This document shows positions 58,665 to 64,000 of a stretch of 64,000 nt of DNA, in pieces. The translations under genes and the position numbers were made by a program. The stretch spans positions 1 through 64,000 of IMG/VR virus record IMGVR_UViG_3300036390_000001. One strand, written 5' to 3'. The stretch's first letter is position 1. Every line of letters starts with the position of its first letter. The notes beneath the pieces are model-generated. The model was given only the letters and a program-made list of their open reading frames with translations. It ran no database searches and was not told the origin of the DNA. Source of the stretch: a virus.

Positions 58665-59144
58665 TCAAGTCGCCGTAAAGTATTTCAAAAATATCTTAAC
58701 ATCTGGCGCCTCAAAGACAAAGCATGGCATGTCCGGCGCCGTGTCAACAATATGCACATCCTGAGCCCAGTTTTTGGTTCGTAGAAAGTTTAAGCAATCA
58801 AGCGCGCTCGCGAAGCCATTGTCTTTAATATATTTGACTGTCAGATGAGTCTTGCACCCAATTATTTTAGCAATTTCTTGACGGCGCCTTAACTCTAATT
58901 GCGTGTGACTATTTGTGCTAAGAAGCGCTTCACCTTTCTCTTTAAAAATATTGGATAACTGAACGTTGTTTTCTGCCTTTAATTTGTTACGCGCGCCGTA
59001 TAGAAAACTATCTAAAGTCCTTAAAGTTATATGCATTTTCTTTGCGATTTGAAACGGGAAAAGCCCTTCTGAAATTAGCTTCGTTGCTTCAAATTCGCGC
59101 GGTGTTAAAGTTCCTAGCTCTAGCTTATGTTTGGCGATTTCCAT
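58665..59144 (-). CDS. LuxR-type HTH regulator
   Basis: LTPRE.E...L..EG....QIA..M.IT.RT.......ARNKL.A.N..QL. Confidence 0.85.
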   Translation of the reverse strand: MEIAKHKLELGTLTPREFEATKLISEGLFPFQIAKKMHITLRTLDSFLYGARNKLKAENNVQLSNIFKEKGEALLSTNSHTQLELRRRQEIAKIIGCKTHLTVKYIKDNGFASALDCLNFLRTKNWAQDVHIVDTAPDMPCFVFEAPDVKIFLKYFTAT

Positions 59145-59262
59145 ATGTCGATAAAATCGCCCCTACAAGGGTAAAAGTAGTAGCGGCGAATTGTGTGTAA
59201 TAAATATGAGTACAGGACGCACCTGTTTACACAAATGCGATTGTGTCAATATATCCTCAATT

Positions 59263-59778
59263 TCAAAGAGGCGCCACTTTTTTGACAACCCACCCAACCT
59301 GGCGCCCAACCTTACCGCAGCGCTCAATCCTAAAACTCCCATACCTACATCCCAAGAGGCGCGGCTTGAATCCAATCAATACTTCTATCTCTGATGTGGT
59401 TATTATCCAGCTCTTTGCTGCTATCTCTTCCAGTTGTTCGTATTTTTGAATGATTGAAGGCGCCTGTTGTTGCGCCATGAACAACCTTTCTAGTAAACCT
59501 AGAAGCGCTTCAAATGGTGGAGCCTCTTGTCTATCTATAACTGAACTAGACAAAGTAATCTTGTCTGGCTGGACAACTTGAGGACCATGAACAAAGTTAT
59601 CAATTGTCCCCCCTCCCTTGATATGTTTGTCCAGTTGGTCCATCAGCGCTAAATCAGCGAAACTTATCTTTCCTCTCTCTGTCTGTCTGATTCTTAAGTC
59701 TTTTAGCCTGTCATATATAGTTTGGCGCGAATTTAAGCCATAGCGCGCGCATAGCTCAGATATATTGAAGTTGTCCAT
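59263..59778 (-). CDS. HTH DNA-binding protein (cyanobacterial plasmid type)
   Basis: L..RYG..SRQTIYDR; L..LE..A...W.I.T.E. Confidence 0.6.
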   Translation of the reverse strand: MDNFNISELCARYGLNSRQTIYDRLKDLRIRQTERGKISFADLALMDQLDKHIKGGGTIDNFVHGPQVVQPDKITLSSSVIDRQEAPPFEALLGLLERLFMAQQQAPSIIQKYEQLEEIAAKSWIITTSEIEVLIGFKPRLLGCRYGSFRIERCGKVGRQVGWVVKKVAPL

Positions 59779-60211
59779 CGCTTGTCCAGTTGTTAACTAG
59801 ACAAATTCTACAATGACTACGCGCGCTATAAAAATTGGGTGAAGTTTTAATTAGTTGCCTCTATCTAAAGGTAGAATTGTTGAATAACTATTAAGCGTTA
59901 AACGATGATATGGCGCCGATTACAAGCGAAGAGTTATTCTGGTTGGCGCAATCTAACGAGTGCGTCAACAGCAGCGACCTTGCTGCTTTGGTTAGATTGT
60001 TGCGCCAAGTTCGTGGCGCCGCAAAATTTGCATCCTCGCTGGATACCATCATTGTTTTGAGAAATGTTGATTTTGACGTAAGCTCTGCGATTCGTGAAAA
60101 ACTCTGTTGTAGAATGCCGCTAATTTTAAATAGCGAGTGCGTGGCGGCGCTTCCCACAAAATAAGCGCACGTTTTTGAGGCGCGCGCTTATTTTTGGTTT
60201 GTGGATAGTAA

Positions 60212-60478
60212 TTACACAGGAGCTTCTTCAGTAGGTGGCTCAACAGGAACAGGAAGAGATGCAGCCGCTAATTCGATTAACTGCTGAATTTTTGCGGTTG
60301 CCTCACCAACAACAGATGCGTTTGAAGCATCTTTTGCTACCAAATCAGTCGCTTCTTGTTTGGCTGCAACTAATTCGCTTTCGGTAACTTGCTTTGACTG
60401 AATCAGCTTAGTAACAATGTCAACTAGCTTAACAATAGCTTCAGCTTGTAAAACATTAGCTTGTTCTGTTTGAGACAT
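60212..60478 (-). CDS. Small coiled-coil protein in the lysis region
   Basis: GAGG RBS; downstream of the lysozyme gene. Confidence 0.55.
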   Translation of the reverse strand: MSQTEQANVLQAEAIVKLVDIVTKLIQSKQVTESELVAAKQEATDLVAKDASNASVVGEATAKIQQLIELAAASLPVPVEPPTEEAPV

Positions 60479-60587
60479 AAAACCTCTGTGTTTATCGGGA
60501 TATCACTAGCCAGTCTATGCGACTAAACCCTTGGTGACAAGAATCTAGTCCTTTTTAGTAATTCCCAGAAACCTTCTTATCCGAAGG

Positions 60588-61055
60588 TCAATACGCCTTC
60601 AGAAATAATTCAGCTTCAGCGAGTCGGCGCCTCCTTAGTCCAGCTTCAACGCGCGTGCCAGGATTGCGATACAAAACAAACACATTCTTGGCTCTATCCC
60701 AGGCTTTTTCATCAAGCATTTTCCGCATTGAATCAAAATTTCCAGTGAAATAGAATGAGGCGCCGAGATTAAAACAGAAACTAAGCAAGGCGCCTTGTTG
60801 ATTGATGTTTAATTCATTCCACACTGGTATTTTTTGTAGTTGCGGCAAGTAGTCGCTCGTTAATTGGAAAATCAACAAATCATCAGCTTCTCGTCGAGTG
60901 ATTTTATCTCCGAGCTTCCATTTACTGCCATCACGCTTTTTAGTTAAGCCCCAACCAATAGTAATCGGCTCGGCACCTGTTAATGGGTCGGGATAAGCTT
61001 CAAGATAACAACCTTCAAATTGTTTAATTAATTCTATTCCTGGTGATGGCAGCAT
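60588..61055 (-). CDS. Endolysin, GH24 lysozyme
   Basis: LIKQFEGC.L.AY.D......TIGWG; ALLSF.FNLG; GL.RRR.AE..LF. Confidence 0.93.
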   Translation of the reverse strand: MLPSPGIELIKQFEGCYLEAYPDPLTGAEPITIGWGLTKKRDGSKWKLGDKITRREADDLLIFQLTSDYLPQLQKIPVWNELNINQQGALLSFCFNLGASFYFTGNFDSMRKMLDEKAWDRAKNVFVLYRNPGTRVEAGLRRRRLAEAELFLKAY

Positions 61056-61706
61056 TCAATTCTCCAACTTCGAGCCGTTAAGAATCGAAGTCCAAAAAAC
61101 ATAATTTTTGTTTTTTTGATAGCGCGCGTCGCTTTTAACAATGCTCATGAATTCTCTATGCCCAGAGCGCGATTGACCAACTAAGCAACCAGCAGAGGCG
61201 CCTTCAACAGTCTTCCAGTCGTAACCCCAGTGTTGGTTGACACCAATGCCAGTTTGAATAACAACTGGGTCATCGGTTCTCAATCCGTCTTTGTTTATAT
61301 CACGATGACCGCGCAATTGACCAACGCGCAAGCCATTGTCAAGCTCCTCGCCAGCTTCCCAAAGTTGGACAAGCGCTTCATGGTCTTTATGTTTACCAAC
61401 TACCCAAGCTTTGTACTGACCAAATGCAATACGAAAGGCGCCTTGTGCATTAAGTGGCTTAAGCGTGTACTTCCAGCCCGGTTCAGTTGTAGCTTTCCAT
61501 GCGCCGAGTAATCTTGGTTTATCGTCGGTCACGTCATAAACTAACCGCACATCGTTCCATTCGTTCATGCGGTCGCCGTTGGCTTTGCCGTTTAAATCCA
61601 CGCCTTCAATGTAGACAATATTAACTTCGCCTTCGGTGAAAACTTTATGGTTAAGTTTCTGCTGAGTCTTGATAATTCTGCTTAAGAAGTCTGTTCCAAG
61701 TTGCAT
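61056..61706 (-). CDS. Putative peptidoglycan-acting enzyme
   Basis: NIVYIEG, WND.R, ATTEPG, GQYKAW.VG.H, G.NQHWG...SAGC.V (H...C); adjacent to the lysozyme gene. Confidence 0.6.
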   Translation of the reverse strand: MQLGTDFLSRIIKTQQKLNHKVFTEGEVNIVYIEGVDLNGKANGDRMNEWNDVRLVYDVTDDKPRLLGAWKATTEPGWKYTLKPLNAQGAFRIAFGQYKAWVVGKHKDHEALVQLWEAGEELDNGLRVGQLRGHRDINKDGLRTDDPVVIQTGIGVNQHWGYDWKTVEGASAGCLVGQSRSGHREFMSIVKSDARYQKNKNYVFWTSILNGSKLEN

Positions 61707-61794
61707 GTTTGTACCTGTGCTTTATAACTCAGGATTCCATCAACTTCGTATCCGAAGCTAAAATAGATGCGCCAGCAACTATAGCAATGATAAA

Positions 61795-62067
61795 ATGCCT
61801 AAATTTAGAAAGAAGCCTGTAGTAATCGAAGCTATGCAGTTTAGTGACTTAGATAGCTATTTAGAAATCCTGAAATGGATGAAAATTTGCGGCGACACTG
61901 TTGCTTTAGCGAACGAGGTTAAATACGTCACGCCTCTTATGTTAATCCCAACGCCTGAAGGTGTTATGGCGGCTAACCCTACTGATTGGATTATTAGGGG
62001 AGTAAAGAATGAATTCTATCCATGTAAGAATGACATTTTTCTTGCCACTTACGAGAAGTGCGATTAG
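61795..62067 (+). CDS. Conserved phage protein (PGDYG-like)
   Basis: KFRKKPVVIEA.QF ... T.EG.M.A...DWII.GV..EFYPCK.DIF..TYE. Confidence 0.8.
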   Translation: MPKFRKKPVVIEAMQFSDLDSYLEILKWMKICGDTVALANEVKYVTPLMLIPTPEGVMAANPTDWIIRGVKNEFYPCKNDIFLATYEKCD

Positions 62068-62087
62068 AGCCGTGTATAATAATACTT

Positions 62088-62230
62088 ACGCGCATGATGG
62101 AAGTTGTACAGCCTTTATAATTGTGGCTTCATGCCAAATTGTTGCTCTGATAGTACAGATAGCAGACAAAGGGTGGAACCGGAAGCCGTCCGATTAGAGC
62201 TTCGTCCAAGTGCAAGTCTTGGTGCGCGTT
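62088..62230 (+). ncRNA. tRNA-like structured RNA, copy B
   Basis: ACGCGCA/TGCGCGT stem; T-arm CCAAG-TGCAAGT-CTTGG; TATAAT at 62075-62080. Confidence 0.8.
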
Positions 62231-62234
62231 TTAT

Positions 62235-62519
62235 TTACCTTCGGATAAGAAGGTGTTTTGTTTTCCTCAGTTTTTTATCCCGTAGATAAAGCAACCAAGT
62301 AATAAGCGCAGGCGCCGTGAACAGCAACAAAATTGCTGATGCTGATATATTGATTATCACTTGCTCACCTCCAATAACCTTCTGTTCACGTAGTGTCTCC
62401 AAAGGAGAATACGAAGGTGGTCTATGTTCATAAGAAGTCGGGCACACAGAAGTATCTTCTGATACCTCTATGGCACCTCGACATAGCTCGCGCTCAAAGT
62501 AATCACGGCGCCGCATCAC
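62235..62519 (-). CDS. Small membrane protein
   Basis: C-terminal TM helix. Confidence 0.45.
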   Translation of the reverse strand: MMRRRDYFERELCRGAIEVSEDTSVCPTSYEHRPPSYSPLETLREQKVIGGEQVIINISASAILLLFTAPALITWLLYLRDKKLRKTKHLLIRR

Positions 62520-62827
62520 TCTTCCTCCTCTCGTTCGTTGGTTTCTCGGCTAGTTTCTCGTCCAAAAAGCCTGCCCACAGCGGCAGTGATAGCATCAGTA
62601 TTTAGTCCCAAGATTGAGGCGATAAAAACAACCGAGGGGATGAAAACATGCGCTGGCACTTCGCGCGTCGCAATTTTTATTTGCGGGTTCTTGTCGGCAC
62701 CTACATATTCAACCTGTAAGTCGAGCGCTTGAAGACTAACAAGCGCAGTCAAAAAAATTGCAAAAAGATATGAATAACCTTTGCCAATGGTTACTATTTT
62801 TTTCTCACTTTTTTCATTCTCTTCCAT
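62516..62827 (-). CDS. Putative holin
   Basis: Two TM helices, charged C-terminus, near the lysis genes. Confidence 0.45.
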   Translation of the reverse strand: MEENEKSEKKIVTIGKGYSYLFAIFLTALVSLQALDLQVEYVGADKNPQIKIATREVPAHVFIPSVVFIASILGLNTDAITAAVGRLFGRETSRETNEREEEE

Positions 62828-62828
62828 C

Positions 62829-63707
62829 TCAAATGCCGATTGGTTCTGTTGTTAAAAATTCCCCAAATTCCTTGATAAGTAATTCTTCGGCTTTCTTCAA
62901 TTGGCTTTCAGGCAAGCGCAACACAATGCTAATTAAGCGCTGCCTATTATTTCCATCGCTTGTGATTGGCGTAACAGGTGCCTCAGTGCGCTCGTATGTG
63001 ACTTCACTTATAGGCGCCTTCACATCACCTAATTCCGACTTTGCAAAAGGATAATAACTACCATCGGGCAATTTACACTGATACAAGTCGCCTGATTTGA
63101 TTTCGACTAGCTCTACTTCTTGACCGTAATATTCAGGAATGTCGGGAGAAATTACCTTGAATTTTTGCTCTGTGGTTGAGGCGCCGCCAGAACCTCTATA
63201 AGAATAGCTTTGCCCACCGCGCGTAACTTCCTTGACTTCAGACTTCTCAATCTCGCCGCTCTGTTCAAGTTTACGGCGCCAGTCGGTAATAGTTATATCA
63301 GCCACTCCGCAGTGACGAGCGATTTCTTTATTGCTTTTCAAATGCCCGTAAGGATGTTTTAATGCGCCTATTATCGCGCGTTGTTTATCCGCATTTGAGC
63401 GCTTTAATGCGTGGTGTTGGTTGACTGCAAAGCTGTGCCAAATGGCATCTTGTTGCGTACCTTGACGAATTTCAGCTTTGATTTTATCTAATCCGCGCCT
63501 GGTTGTGGCCGCTAATCGATGAAAGCCATCAGTTAACCAATAATTGCTTCCATCGAAATATAAAAGTATTGGGTCAAATGAGGCGCCGTCACCAAGAGCA
63601 AGCACTAAATCTTCAATGTGGTTTTCGTCTAATTCGGCGCGCGGTTGGGTACCACCATCGCGGCGGATATGGTGAATAGAAATTTCTATATAAGCTTCAG
63701 TGTTCAT
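62829..63707 (-). CDS. ParB N-terminal domain protein
   Basis: TQPR..LD; YWL.DGFHRL.A; N..H.L.RS.ADK..A; HTH. Confidence 0.82.
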   Translation of the reverse strand: MNTEAYIEISIHHIRRDGGTQPRAELDENHIEDLVLALGDGASFDPILLYFDGSNYWLTDGFHRLAATTRRGLDKIKAEIRQGTQQDAIWHSFAVNQHHALKRSNADKQRAIIGALKHPYGHLKSNKEIARHCGVADITITDWRRKLEQSGEIEKSEVKEVTRGGQSYSYRGSGGASTTEQKFKVISPDIPEYYGQEVELVEIKSGDLYQCKLPDGSYYPFAKSELGDVKAPISEVTYERTEAPVTPITSDGNNRQRLISIVLRLPESQLKKAEELLIKEFGEFLTTEPIGI

Positions 63708-63999
63708 AATTACTTGATAAATAAGAATTTAATAAATATAGCGCCTCGGCTATAGTTGCCTCTATTGTTATAGTCGAGGTTTTTAGATTGTTAGCAATAT
63801 ATTGAATTGATTTGCCTTGGAAAAAGCGCTGTGTAATACAATATCTTTGTCTTGAGTCTAGCTTTGCTAAAGCTTCATAAACAGGCGAATTATCTTCAGT
63901 ACGCGCCTCGTCAATCATTGGCTCATAAGGCAATTCATCCCAAGATACTTTAGCAGGCGCCGAATTTAGCGCCGTAATTTCCTTCCACTGCTCTTCATT
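63697..63999 (-). CDS. Sigma-70 family sigma factor, C-terminal part (truncated by window edge)
   Basis: Frame open to the window end; region 4 AL.KLD.RQR..I..RFF.G.S...IA..L..S. Confidence 0.75.
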   Translation of the reverse strand, partial: NEEQWKEITALNSAPAKVSWDELPYEPMIDEARTEDNSPVYEALAKLDSRQRYCITQRFFQGKSIQYIANNLKTSTITIEATIAEALYLLNSYLSSNYEH

Positions 64000-64000
64000 A

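Larger units (their letters stand above)
1..64000. mobile_element. Temperate cyanophage/prophage (siphovirus-like), partial
   Basis: Portal, capsid, tail tube, tape measure, integrase/excisionase, repressor, ERF and lysozyme genes; no host housekeeping genes. Confidence 0.93.

Noticed and set aside
5488-62254. 18-bp palindromes as a CRISPR array
   Set aside because: The copies are dispersed and irregularly spaced, with no repeat-spacer periodicity

Overview
This window is about 64 kb of a temperate, long-tailed (siphovirus-like) phage or prophage of a filamentous cyanobacterium; I recognise no host housekeeping genes. The host assignment rests on an NblA homologue, an NtcA/Crp-type regulator, STRR-like repeats and very dense GGCGCC (an 'alternate HIP'). 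Gene order: portal, head-tail and tail genes with a -1 frameshifting chaperone and a 2786-aa tape measure (1.8-18.8 kb); an HTH/BRO cassette (19-22 kb); a minus-strand tail-tip block (22.8-29.5 kb); scaffold, capsid and fibres (29.5-34.7 kb); attP-like region with integrase and excisionase; replication, immunity and recombination genes (36-49 kb); a plasmid-like membrane/ATPase cluster (50.5-54.4 kb); an IS200/IS605-derived remnant; regulators, lysis genes, ParB-N and a truncated sigma factor. No terminase was recognised in the window. Best leads: (1) two covarying copies of a tRNA-Leu-like ncRNA with a large D-loop insert and no proper anticodon arm; (2) a stand-alone Csx3/Crn3 ring-nuclease homologue followed by a 37-nt CRISPR-repeat-like unit; (3) 17 copies of an 18-bp palindrome in intergenic and coding DNA; (4) a ~90-100 bp mini-element inserted at GGCGC sites, once in frame. 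All calls were made by eye, without database searches.
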